A DNA stretch of 32,000 nt from the NCBI GenBank assembly GCA_965197525.1, contig OZ240211.1:506251-538250 (forward strand), written 5' to 3'. Positions within the stretch are counted from its first letter, which is position 1; every line of letters starts with the position of its first letter. Under the pieces are notes generated by a model that worked only from the letters and a program-made list of their open reading frames with translations, made no database searches and was not told the origin of the DNA. Positions 1-8,884 of this stretch are shown here, one piece after another. The position numbers were made by a program, and so were the translations under genes. Source of the stretch: Nitrosopumilus sp. Lineage in GTDB: Archaea; Thermoproteota; Nitrososphaeria; Nitrososphaerales; Nitrosopumilaceae.

Positions 1-2000
1 AAGAGAGAGGAATTACAATTTATCAGGCAAATGTAACATTACACTTTACTAGCAAAGATAAAGAGTACGTCATCAATATGATAGATACCCCAGGACATGT
101 AGATTTCAGCGGAAGGGTGATTCGCAGCCTTCGAGCAATTGATGGGGCAGTTGTAGTATGCGATGCAGTGGAAGGCATCATGACACAGACTGAGACGGTA
201 ACTAGAATGGCACTAGAAGAACGCGTAAAACCGGTATTATTCATCAACAAAGTTGACAGGCTCATAAAAGAACTGAGATTGACACCAGAAAAGATGCAGG
301 CACAACTAGTAGAGGTAGTATCAAACTTTAATCAATTAATTGACACGTATGCAGAACCGCAATACAGGGAAGCATGGAAAGTATCAATCCAAGATGCAAG
401 TGTGACATTTGGTTCTGCAAAGGACAGATGGGCAATCAACATCGATCTGATGAAAGAACGAGGTATCACATTCAAGGATGTAATTGACTCGTATAACAAT
501 GAGACAGTATCAGACCTAGTTGAAAAAGCACCACTGGCAGACGCAGTACTAGGAATGGTGGTAAAACACCATCCAGCACCACATGAGGCAGTAAAGTATA
601 GAATTCCGCAGATATGGAAAGGGGATCTAGAATCAGATGTTGGAAAGGCACTACTGGCGTGCGATGATAATGGTCCTACAATAATGATGGTAGTAAACAT
701 GGTACTGGATCCGGCAGCAGGCCCTGTAGCAATCGGACGACTGTTCTCTGGAACCATCAAAGATGGACAGACAATTAACATCATAGACGAAAAACGGGAA
801 GGTCGTGTCCAATCAGTCAACTTTTTCATGGGAAATCAACGTGAGCAAGTAAAAGAGTTAGGAGCAGGAAATATTCCAGCATTACTAGGATTAAGTGAAT
901 GTAGGGCAGGAAATACCCTATCATCAGTTAAAGGAATTCCAATGTTTGAAGGAGTAAAGTATGTCTCAGAGCCAGTAGTTCAGATAGCAATAGAACCAAA
1001 GCATCCCAAAGATCTTCCAAAACTAGTAGATATTCTAAAACAGCTGACAATAGAGGACCCAAACCTGATTGTAAAGATTGATGAGGAGAGCGGTGAGACA
1101 ATAGTTGCAGGAATGGGTGTATTGCACTTGGACGTTGCAACACACAGAATACAAGACGCAAAATGTGAGATTGTAACATCAGAACCATTAATCAACTACA
1201 GAGAGACAGTAAAGGGAACCTGTGAGCCAGTCATGGCAAAGTCACCTAACCGACACAATAAGATATTCATGACAGTCGAGCCATTAGAACCCCAGATTGC
1301 ACATATGCTAAGAACAGGGGAGATAAGCGACATGAAAGACAAGAAATTTATCTCAGATGTACTCAAAAAAATGGGATGGGATACTGATACCATCAAACGC
1401 GTCTTAAAATTCGATTCACGCGGCAATGTGTTGATTAACGGAACCAAAGGTGTACAATTTGTCCAAGAGTCAACTGACTCTATAAACTCTGGATTCGAAG
1501 AGGTCATGAAAGAAGGACCCCTATGCAAAGAGCAGATGAGAAACTGTAAATTTATCTTTACACATTTTGTACCACACGAGGATACTGCACACAGGGGCCT
1601 ATCACAGTTAGGACCAGCATCACGCCGTGCCTGCATGGGCGCACTGTTGACAGCTGGAACTGCAGTTTTAGAGCCAACGCTAGCAATAGAGGTTCGTGTT
1701 CCAACTGACCTAGTAGGAAACGTTGCAACCATTATCTCAGGCAAACGCGGCAAAGTACTTGACATGTCACAAAAGGGCGCATCAAGTATTGTTATCGGCG
1801 AGATTCCAGCATCAGAGACCTTTAACCTATCAGAGGCTATGAGAGGTCAGACTGCAGGACGTGCAACTTGGAATACATCATTTAAAGAGTGGACCGAAGT
1901 CCCAAAATCGATGTTAGATACTGCAGTAGCTGAAATACGAAAGAGAAAAGGTCTGGCACCAAATCCGCCAACTGCTAATGAATTCATAGACAAGGAATAA
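1..2000 (+). CDS. fusA: Translation elongation factor 2 (aEF-2), 5' end cut by window edge
   Basis: The frame is open from nt 3 (ERGITIYQANV...), upstream of the ORF-track Met at 78. It has the G3 motif DTPGHVDF, the G4 motif NKVD and the diphthamide-loop-like HEDTAHRG. Stop at 1998-2000. Confidence 0.95.
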   Translation, partial: ERGITIYQANVTLHFTSKDKEYVINMIDTPGHVDFSGRVIRSLRAIDGAVVVCDAVEGIMTQTETVTRMALEERVKPVLFINKVDRLIKELRLTPEKMQAQLVEVVSNFNQLIDTYAEPQYREAWKVSIQDASVTFGSAKDRWAINIDLMKERGITFKDVIDSYNNETVSDLVEKAPLADAVLGMVVKHHPAPHEAVKYRIPQIWKGDLESDVGKALLACDDNGPTIMMVVNMVLDPAAGPVAIGRLFSGTIKDGQTINIIDEKREGRVQSVNFFMGNQREQVKELGAGNIPALLGLSECRAGNTLSSVKGIPMFEGVKYVSEPVVQIAIEPKHPKDLPKLVDILKQLTIEDPNLIVKIDEESGETIVAGMGVLHLDVATHRIQDAKCEIVTSEPLINYRETVKGTCEPVMAKSPNRHNKIFMTVEPLEPQIAHMLRTGEISDMKDKKFISDVLKKMGWDTDTIKRVLKFDSRGNVLINGTKGVQFVQESTDSINSGFEEVMKEGPLCKEQMRNCKFIFTHFVPHEDTAHRGLSQLGPASRRACMGALLTAGTAVLEPTLAIEVRVPTDLVGNVATIISGKRGKVLDMSQKGASSIVIGEIPASETFNLSEAMRGQTAGRATWNTSFKEWTEVPKSMLDTAVAEIRKRKGLAPNPPTANEFIDKE

Positions 2001-2078
2001 CACACACAAAGATTTGTGTCTTATGGGCGGGTTCATAAATTATTCACTGTGTGTTTTGTTTATTACAAGATATACAAA

Positions 2079-3743
2079 TCAAGACGATGTATCGGTTTTT
2101 TGTGTCACTAGTTTTGTTGCCAATGCAATCATTTTATCAAACTCTGTTTTATCTACTGGGGATTTGGCAAATTCAACCAAGCTAGAACGCTTGAAGCATT
2201 CTGCTATCTGCTCAACAGGATTTGTTGCACCATCAAGGTGTGATAAGATATCTTCGTTTGTAATCTCTTTTTTAAGACCCAACTCGTAACTCAGATACAG
2301 TCTAATTGATTGAGCAATCTTACTGTAAGCGTCTTTGTACTGTTGGTTATCAAAATCTATCTTTGCTTGTGTTATGAGGTTACTTGATGCTGTGATATAA
2401 TCAAACTCTTTGTGGTCTTTGTAGGATACCGCATCTGGTGGTGATGATGTTGTTGTTGTTGTTTTATTTGTATAAAATCGCCTATACAGCATATAACCTA
2501 CAACACCACACAGTATCACAGCAAAGACAACAAACAGACTCAGATAGTCAAACGGTCTCTCTAATTCTATACCTACAAGGTTGTCACCCTCATCAAATAT
2601 TGCAGTAATTGTAGCGTCGTCTTGATTTTTGTTATTATACTGTAGAGACAGAGTGGTTGTACCATCACCATCATTCGGATAGCTAAATTCTACTCCCTCT
2701 CTTACAAAACCGTCCAGAGTCAGACTTTCCTCATACTCTTGAAAACGCTTGTCAGATTCAAGTCTTTCTAGTAATAGGTCATTTTGTAGTTGAGAGGTCT
2801 GTTTTATATCAGTCAGAGTTCCATTGACCATGCTGCCCTGAAATTTAGTCCATTGTTGTTGCTGTTGATCTTGATAATTGACCTCAAAAGTGCCAGTATG
2901 TTCTGATGTCGGGTTTAAAGTGGCGTTTGTAACACCGTTCCCTTGGGCCAAAATACTGTTATGTATCTCTTGAAAATCTTCGTTTGATACTAGCGCTCCT
3001 TCGAACTGTTCGCGTAAGTGATTTTCTTCTTGCACATGTTGTTGTAACTCTTGTTTTAACGCACTGGTATCCTGAGGCAGTTGACTGTTTTGAAGTCGTT
3101 GCTGAGTATCAGAAGGATTGTTTGCTTCTTCTTGATTGATTTGGTTCTGCTGCATCTGTTGTTGAGCGGATTGTTGGGATGATTGACTGCCGGCTTGATT
3201 GTTATTAGACTGAGATGATGAGCTCTGCGTCGGGTTTTGTGTGTTGTTTTGCTCAGATTCGTCTGAAACAAAATTAACGACGATTGAATCCAAGGATACG
3301 TGTATGTCATCAGTGGTATATCCTAAATCCAACACAAAAGATGACGGAGTATCGCTAGTACCAAAATCCAGAGATATCGTTTGTGTTCCATTGACAAGTG
3401 TCAATGAAGATGACTGTGTACGAGTAGTTGAAAATTGCCCAATTGTTTGAGTAACGGTAGATTGTAAGAGCCCATTTACAGAATATCCGTAACTGTTTTC
3501 AATATCTAATGAGATTATTGCGTTTTGGTCCACTAGAAAATAATATTCAGATTGTGGAACAATCATCACTATGTTGTCTTCATTGTCTTCTGCTGCATCT
3601 GTTTGATTATCGTCATGACTGGTAGCATAAGCATCCTCATTACCAACAACAACAACAACAAGAACATCAACAACAGTAACAACCCCAACAGACATAGACA
3701 CGCATAGAATAAACAGCAAACCCAAAGATGTCAATCCATTCAT
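2079..3743 (-). CDS. BatD-like membrane protein, last gene of the MoxR operon, with a Q/S/N-rich low-complexity core
   Basis: 554 aa with an N-terminal hydrophobic signal/TM (LGLLFILCVSMSVGVVTVV) and a second TM near aa 400 (LSLFVVFAVILCGVVGYMLY). The C-terminal helical tail (YKDAYSKIAQSIRLYLSYELG...ITNEDILSHL...CFKRSSLVEFAKSP) resembles BatD C-termini from memory. Its start overlaps the upstream VWA stop in an ATGA 4-nt overlap. Confidence 0.5.
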   Translation of the reverse strand: MNGLTSLGLLFILCVSMSVGVVTVVDVLVVVVVGNEDAYATSHDDNQTDAAEDNEDNIVMIVPQSEYYFLVDQNAIISLDIENSYGYSVNGLLQSTVTQTIGQFSTTRTQSSSLTLVNGTQTISLDFGTSDTPSSFVLDLGYTTDDIHVSLDSIVVNFVSDESEQNNTQNPTQSSSSQSNNNQAGSQSSQQSAQQQMQQNQINQEEANNPSDTQQRLQNSQLPQDTSALKQELQQHVQEENHLREQFEGALVSNEDFQEIHNSILAQGNGVTNATLNPTSEHTGTFEVNYQDQQQQQWTKFQGSMVNGTLTDIKQTSQLQNDLLLERLESDKRFQEYEESLTLDGFVREGVEFSYPNDGDGTTTLSLQYNNKNQDDATITAIFDEGDNLVGIELERPFDYLSLFVVFAVILCGVVGYMLYRRFYTNKTTTTTSSPPDAVSYKDHKEFDYITASSNLITQAKIDFDNQQYKDAYSKIAQSIRLYLSYELGLKKEITNEDILSHLDGATNPVEQIAECFKRSSLVEFAKSPVDKTEFDKMIALATKLVTQKTDTSS

Positions 3744-4690
3744 TGAATAACTCTTCCCCGTCCATATCTTGCGTAAATTTGTACAAACAACAATCCTAGA
3801 GCAGCAACAAAGAACCAGTCTTTTATATAAGTCTCCTCTTGTTCGCGTTGGATATCCTGACTAATATTTTCATAGATACCGTCAAGCGTCTGAGAATCTA
3901 CGGATTTAAAGTACTTGCCGCCGGTATTCTCTGCAATTGCCTGTAATGTGGCCTCGTCTAACTCTGCATATTGAGGCCTGCCAAAAACATCATATCCGAA
4001 CACAACTCGTTCTGCTGAACCAAGACCAATTGTATAAACCTGGATGTCATTTGATTGGGCAAATGCAACTGCCTCTCTGGGCGTTATCACCCCTGCATTA
4101 TTAACCCCATCACTGAGGAGTATGACTACTTTTTGTTTATTTGGAACTGAGACTGCCATATCAATTCCGAGACTGAGCCCGTCACCTATTGCGGTTCTTC
4201 CATCTCGCGGCAAGATATCGTATAGTTTCTCTATAACCCGGTCTTTGTATGGACTAAGATACGCAGCAGTAGTGGCGCCTGTCTCAAATACCACAATACC
4301 TGCATTGTCTTTTGGTTGCAACGAGTTTAGCAATATCTCAGCAGAATTTTTAGCAGATTCCAGCCTATTTGGAGGATAATCCTGCGCTTGCATACTGCCA
4401 GAAATATCAATTACCAGTACAACGTTGACTCCTTCTTTGGTCTGCTCTAACGGAATGTGTGGATCTGCAAATCCTATAATCATTAATGCGATAACACTAA
4501 TTGAGAGATAAAACAAGAGCGAGTCACGCCTGGTCTTTTTCTTACCCCCTATGGCAGATTTGACATAAGACAAATTGCTAAATCGTATTGCAGCTTTTTT
4601 CTTTCTTTTTAGAATTTTATTATACACATAAAATAAAATAGGTATTACAAGCAAAAAGAGTAGATAAAGTTCGTTATCAAATCCCGCCAT
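3740..4690 (-). CDS. von Willebrand factor A (VWA) domain membrane protein, BatA-like
   Basis: 316 aa with N- and C-terminal TM segments. It has the MIDAS motif DISGSM and the later LLSDGVNN motif. It sits between DUF58 and BatD-like genes. Confidence 0.85.
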   Translation of the reverse strand: MAGFDNELYLLFLLVIPILFYVYNKILKRKKKAAIRFSNLSYVKSAIGGKKKTRRDSLLFYLSISVIALMIIGFADPHIPLEQTKEGVNVVLVIDISGSMQAQDYPPNRLESAKNSAEILLNSLQPKDNAGIVVFETGATTAAYLSPYKDRVIEKLYDILPRDGRTAIGDGLSLGIDMAVSVPNKQKVVILLSDGVNNAGVITPREAVAFAQSNDIQVYTIGLGSAERVVFGYDVFGRPQYAELDEATLQAIAENTGGKYFKSVDSQTLDGIYENISQDIQREQEETYIKDWFFVAALGLLFVQIYARYGRGRVIQ

Positions 4691-4693
4691 CTC

Positions 4694-5569
4694 TTATCTC
4701 CTCTTAAACAGGTGTTTTAGTGGCAGGATGTAATCCTGATCAGTTAACAATGTTACAGCATCAATCTTGCTATTCATCATACTAGTCTTGAATTGAGAGT
4801 TGTTTTTATTGACCAGTTCAGAGTATGCGTCTCTGAATATCTCATCAGATGTATCCACAAGAATCTGTTCCCCTGTCTCCTCATCTTCTAGCTCTATAAG
4901 ACCCACATCAGGAATTTCAATCTCCCTTTTATCGACTATACGTAACGCAATGACATCATGATACTGTCCGAGTATCTTCAGAGACATGGTAAATTGAGTG
5001 TCATCCAAAAAATCGGATATAACAAAAACAAGACTCTTTCTTTTGATGATTTTAAATATGTGTTTGAGGGATCGCTGCAGATCAGTATTGACAGAATTTG
5101 GTGTAAATGCAGAGATAATACTCAGAGATTGGAGTATGTGCCGTTTACCTTTTCTTAAGGGAATAAACTTTTCAATGTCATCAGATACCAAAAATACCCC
5201 AACTCCGTTATTATCCCTGAGTGCGGCAAACATGAGGGTTGCAATTATCTCAAGGGAACGGTCCCTCTTTGAGATGTTTGAGCCAAAACTGTTAGAGCCA
5301 GACACGTCAATTACAAAGTAGATTTGTAAATCTCGCTCCTCGATAAACTCCTTTATGTAAGGACGGTTAAACCTAGCAGTAACATTCCAGTCTATTGCTC
5401 GCACGTCATCGCCTGGTCCATACTCCCTAAGATCTGAGAATTCTAACCCCTGTCCCTTGAATACGGAATGATGCTTGCCGACTACTAAACCCTCAACTAG
5501 ATGTTTTGTTGTAATATCCACTCTATGCAACTTTTTTAAGATTTGAGTTATTGGAGACATAATGCACAC
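4694..5569 (-). CDS. DUF58 family protein (MoxR-associated)
   Basis: 291 aa with YGPGDDVRAIDWNVTARFNRPYIKEFIEERD, typical of DUF58. It lies directly downstream of the MoxR ATPase. The start may be Met4 (5560). Confidence 0.85.
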   Translation of the reverse strand: MCIMSPITQILKKLHRVDITTKHLVEGLVVGKHHSVFKGQGLEFSDLREYGPGDDVRAIDWNVTARFNRPYIKEFIEERDLQIYFVIDVSGSNSFGSNISKRDRSLEIIATLMFAALRDNNGVGVFLVSDDIEKFIPLRKGKRHILQSLSIISAFTPNSVNTDLQRSLKHIFKIIKRKSLVFVISDFLDDTQFTMSLKILGQYHDVIALRIVDKREIEIPDVGLIELEDEETGEQILVDTSDEIFRDAYSELVNKNNSQFKTSMMNSKIDAVTLLTDQDYILPLKHLFKRR

Positions 5570-5593
5570 ATATTAAATATTTGAAATATGCCA

Positions 5594-6580
5594 CTATGGC
5601 ACTTTGATCTTCTCTAAGATTTTTTGTATAATGTCGTCAGGTGTGATCCGTTCTGCTTCGGCTTCATATGTTAGAATGATTCGATGACGAAGGACATCGT
5701 AGGCTATATTTTGTACATCTTGCGGAGTTACGTATCCTCTTCCTTGCAGTAAAGCGTTAGATTTAGCTGAGATGGTAATCCATATGGACGCTCGAGGTGA
5801 TGCACCATATTCAATATAATTAGATATGTCAAGGTCATATTTGGCAGGGAATCGTGTTGCATCTACGATCTCTGTAATGTAATTGTAAATAGTATCATCA
5901 ACGTAAATCTCTCCTACAAAATCTTGTATTGAGATCATCTCATCAGTTGATAAAATTTTTGCAGGGTGAGGGGTCATACCAGTTGTGAATCGTTGGATAA
6001 TCTCGGATTCCTGCTCCCTGTTTGGATATGAGATTAATAATTTGAACATGAAACGATCTAATTGTGCTTCAGGAAGTCGGTACGTTCCTTCAGACTCTAT
6101 CGGGTTTTGGGTGGCCATTACAAAGAACGGTTTTTCTAGGATGTGTGTCTCTCCTTGGATACTTACTTGGTTCTCCTGCATTGCCTCAAGCAATGCTGAT
6201 TGTACCTTTGGAGGGGCACGATTAATCTCGTCAGCTAGTATAAAGTTTGAAAATATTGGGCCTTGTAGCGTGTTAAATGACGCTGTGGTATGATCATAAA
6301 TTTTGGTTCCGGTAATGTCTGCAGGTAGCAGATCAGGAGTGAATTGTAGTCGTACAAACTCGGCACTTGTGCAATCAGATAATGTCTGAACAAGTAACGT
6401 CTTGGCCAGTCCTGGAACGCCTTCAAGCAGAACGTGACCATTAGATAGCAAGGCAATGATTAATTTTTCAATTACTTTGTCTTGGCCTACAATAACCTTT
6501 GAGATCTCATCGTGAAGTTCTTTGATTTTGACAGACAATTCCCGAGATTTGGTAGTTAATGCTTGAATTTCTTGACTCAT
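5594..6580 (-). CDS. MoxR-family AAA+ ATPase
   Basis: 328 aa with Walker A GVPGLAKT and Walker B ILADEINR. The length and C-terminal lid are typical of MoxR. It is the first gene of a four-gene operon. Confidence 0.92.
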   Translation of the reverse strand: MSQEIQALTTKSRELSVKIKELHDEISKVIVGQDKVIEKLIIALLSNGHVLLEGVPGLAKTLLVQTLSDCTSAEFVRLQFTPDLLPADITGTKIYDHTTASFNTLQGPIFSNFILADEINRAPPKVQSALLEAMQENQVSIQGETHILEKPFFVMATQNPIESEGTYRLPEAQLDRFMFKLLISYPNREQESEIIQRFTTGMTPHPAKILSTDEMISIQDFVGEIYVDDTIYNYITEIVDATRFPAKYDLDISNYIEYGASPRASIWITISAKSNALLQGRGYVTPQDVQNIAYDVLRHRIILTYEAEAERITPDDIIQKILEKIKVP

Positions 6581-6649
6581 ATCTCTTGACCACGTAATAT
6601 TGAATATAATAAAATTGGGAAAGGTTATCTTATATAAATTGCGTTTTTT

Positions 6650-6908
6650 GGTTCTGTAACATCTTCGAGACCCTTAGTGATGTTATCGCTGGCCTAAATA
6701 TACCATTCAAACTATCCTCTAGGTTTAGGGATAGTCGAGATGACATAGATGAAGCGAAGTCTGGCATTTTTGAGCCAGCGATGTTGGAATCTTGCAGATC
6801 AGTAATCTAGATAGTCGATATGTCAAAGTCGAGTGATAGAGAGAAAACAATTTGTTAATAATACAACAAAATTTCTTTGTTGATAGGTGTCTATAACCAG
6901 ACAGAACC
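6650..6908 (+). mobile_element. Miniature (MITE-like) TnpB-element derivative with no protein coding, retaining the left terminus and the right-end RNA block
   Basis: The left terminus is GGTTCTGTAACATCTTCGAGA (6650-6670) and the right terminus is ...CTATAACCAGACAGAACC (ends 6908). The interior 6716-6908 aligns to the 3' end and right end of the tnpB copies at 23255-23410 and 30529-30731. Confidence 0.6.
6716..6908 (+). ncRNA. Putative omega-RNA (right-end RNA) scaffold, orphan copy
   Basis: It starts at the conserved CCTCTAGGTTTAGGGATAGT block and ends at CAGAACC. It contains the hairpins CTGGC-N8-GCCAG and TTTGTTAATAATACAACAAA. There is no intact ORF on the + strand. Confidence 0.4.
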
Positions 6909-7019
6909 GTCATCCCAGTTTTGAAGACTATTTTGCGTTAGTTGATCCACATCGTTTTCTGCTTTATCTAGCGTTTTGTTATCATCAGGTAGTCGCTGTG
7001 ATTCTGTAAATAAGAGATG

Positions 7020-8018
7020 CTATTCTTTGGAATCAGGCCACATCATTTTACGCATGGCTTTACCAACTTTTTCAATCTGATGTGCATCATAATCTTGCAT
7101 ATATTTGTCAAAGGAGGCCTTGCCATTCTTTTGATACTCAGATATCCATTCTTTGTTAAATGTGCCGTCCTGAATCATATCAAGGACTTTTTTCATCTTT
7201 TCTTTATTTGCAGAGTCCATAACCATTGGTCCTCTAGTGAGTCCGCCATATCTTGCAGTCTCACTTACACGTCTCCACATTCCGTTGATGCCATACTTTT
7301 GAATTAGATCTACAATGAGTTTCAGCTCGTGTAACACCTCAAAATATGCAATCTCAGGTTGATAACCTGCCTCAACAAGTGTTTCAAACGCATTTGTAAC
7401 CATGGATGCAGCACCACCACACAGATCAGCTTGTTCTCCAAACCAGTCAGTCTCTACCTCTTCTTTGAAACTAGTCTTGATCAATCCGGCCCTTGCACTA
7501 CCTATACCTTTTGCAATGCCTAACGTTCTATCCCAAGCCTTTCCTGTAAAATCTTGTTCTACTGCAACAATTGACGGAGTCCCAAAATTATCAAGATATG
7601 TCTCTCTTACTTTGGAACCCGGTCCCTTTGGTGCAACCATGATTATATCAACATCAGATGGCGCCTCTATCCATTTCCAATAGATTGCAGCAGCATGTGA
7701 GAATGACAGTGATTTACCAGTTGAAAGATTTGGCTGTATCTCATCTTTGTATACCTGACCTTGAATCATGTCAGGGATTAGTATATGAATAATGTCTGCC
7801 TGTTTTGTCGCATCTGCAACTGTTAATACTTTATGGCCATCGGATTCTGCCTTTCTCCAAGTGTTGCTACCTTTTTTGAGTCCAACTATCACGTTAAGAC
7901 CGGAATCGCGCATGTTGTTGGCTTGTGCATCGCCTTGAATACCGTAGCCAATCACAGCAATGACCTCGTCTTTGATAGAGTCAAGACTGATGTCATTATC
8001 TTTCCATACTTGTGCCAT
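7020..8018 (-). CDS. ilvC: Ketol-acid reductoisomerase (class I)
   Basis: 332 aa with the N-terminal Rossmann motif VIGYGIQGDAQANNMRDSG. The full-length similarity pattern matches IlvC. Confidence 0.95.
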   Translation of the reverse strand: MAQVWKDNDISLDSIKDEVIAVIGYGIQGDAQANNMRDSGLNVIVGLKKGSNTWRKAESDGHKVLTVADATKQADIIHILIPDMIQGQVYKDEIQPNLSTGKSLSFSHAAAIYWKWIEAPSDVDIIMVAPKGPGSKVRETYLDNFGTPSIVAVEQDFTGKAWDRTLGIAKGIGSARAGLIKTSFKEEVETDWFGEQADLCGGAASMVTNAFETLVEAGYQPEIAYFEVLHELKLIVDLIQKYGINGMWRRVSETARYGGLTRGPMVMDSANKEKMKKVLDMIQDGTFNKEWISEYQKNGKASFDKYMQDYDAHQIEKVGKAMRKMMWPDSKE

Positions 8019-8054
8019 AATGATACCAAAAATACTGCAAATATTAACTATGAT

Positions 8055-8192
8055 TTAGATTTGAATGATTTTGCCACATGAACGGCACTTTACAGTGACT
8101 ATTTTTTCTGCTAGTCTTATAAACCGATTTGAGCCACATTCAGGACATATGGGGCATGCGCGAATTTTATCCATGGTGCATGTATGAGCCAT
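8055..8192 (-). CDS. Small zinc-ribbon protein (45 aa), absent from the supplied ORF track
   Basis: My own translation is MAHTCTMDKIRACPICPECGSNRFIRLAEKIVTVKCRSCGKIIQI*. It has two CxxC pairs (CPICPEC, CRSC). It ends 36 nt upstream of the ilvC start on the same strand. Confidence 0.4.
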   Translation of the reverse strand: MAHTCTMDKIRACPICPECGSNRFIRLAEKIVTVKCRSCGKIIQI

Positions 8193-8884
8193 ACCAAATT
8201 AAAGATTACACTAAACTGATACTCAAAGTGTGATTTTGACAATGGTATCAGATGATACAGCATATAACCACGTTGGTCTAATAGTAGTTTGCTAGTACCA
8301 TTTTCAGCCAAGATCAAAAATTGGATAGTATGGTCTGGGATTATGATGACCAAGAATCACGTATCAACACGCTAGGACAAAATACAGGTTTTTGCATTAG
8401 AGGATTTACAATAATCGAATCAGATATTCATATAAAATAAAATTTGCAGGAATCAGATTCATAACTGTTTGGCGATACACGAGATATAACCACGTCTGCC
8501 AGTTTGAGAAAGTTGATGCGATATAATTGATTTTGACAACATTGAAATTAATTTTACTAACGATTAAAACATTCATCAACATCATAAGATCATTCCAACA
8601 TGATAAAGATGTTTTATTGATAGTGTATATAGATGATTTGCGATTTTTGTAACTGATAAAAGTTTTGTAAATATGTCAAAGAATGCGTATTTAGTGTGAC
8701 AGTTCTAAAATAAAGTTATGTTTTTGATATACATACAAGCATATATGACGTGGCATGTATTAGCAGATCAATCTTTAGTATCACATTATAATAATAGATT
8801 GTGTAATGTGACACATCGCACTCATTTAATATTGGATGGATGATAATTTCAGGTGTATGGGTAAAGATAAATCAAGCTATAACA

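Noticed and set aside
2014-2289. Antisense or overlapping ORFs listed in the track inside strong genes, for example 2014-2289, 4044-4379, 5985-6293, 7402-7683, 9111-9371, 13082-13675, 21150-21620 and 23264-23821
   Set aside because: Each lies opposite, or out of frame with, a well-supported conserved gene and has low-complexity or atypical composition. I treated them as non-coding shadows.
6725-6913. 62-aa minus-strand ORF
   Set aside because: It is antisense to the conserved TnpB right-end RNA block of the miniature element and has no independent coding signal.
8117-8353. 78-aa minus-strand ORF in the ilvC upstream region
   Set aside because: It has no recognisable motifs and overlaps, in another frame, the better-supported 45-aa zinc-ribbon ORF. 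It looks like an AT-rich intergenic artefact.
8354-8884. A 530-bp non-coding AT-rich gap, searched for tRNA or other ncRNA; an 8-bp inverted repeat TCACATTA-N15-TAATGTGA lies near 8779-8809
   Set aside because: I could see no cloverleaf-compatible or GC-rich structured segment. A single short inverted repeat in AT-rich DNA is not enough to call a regulatory site.
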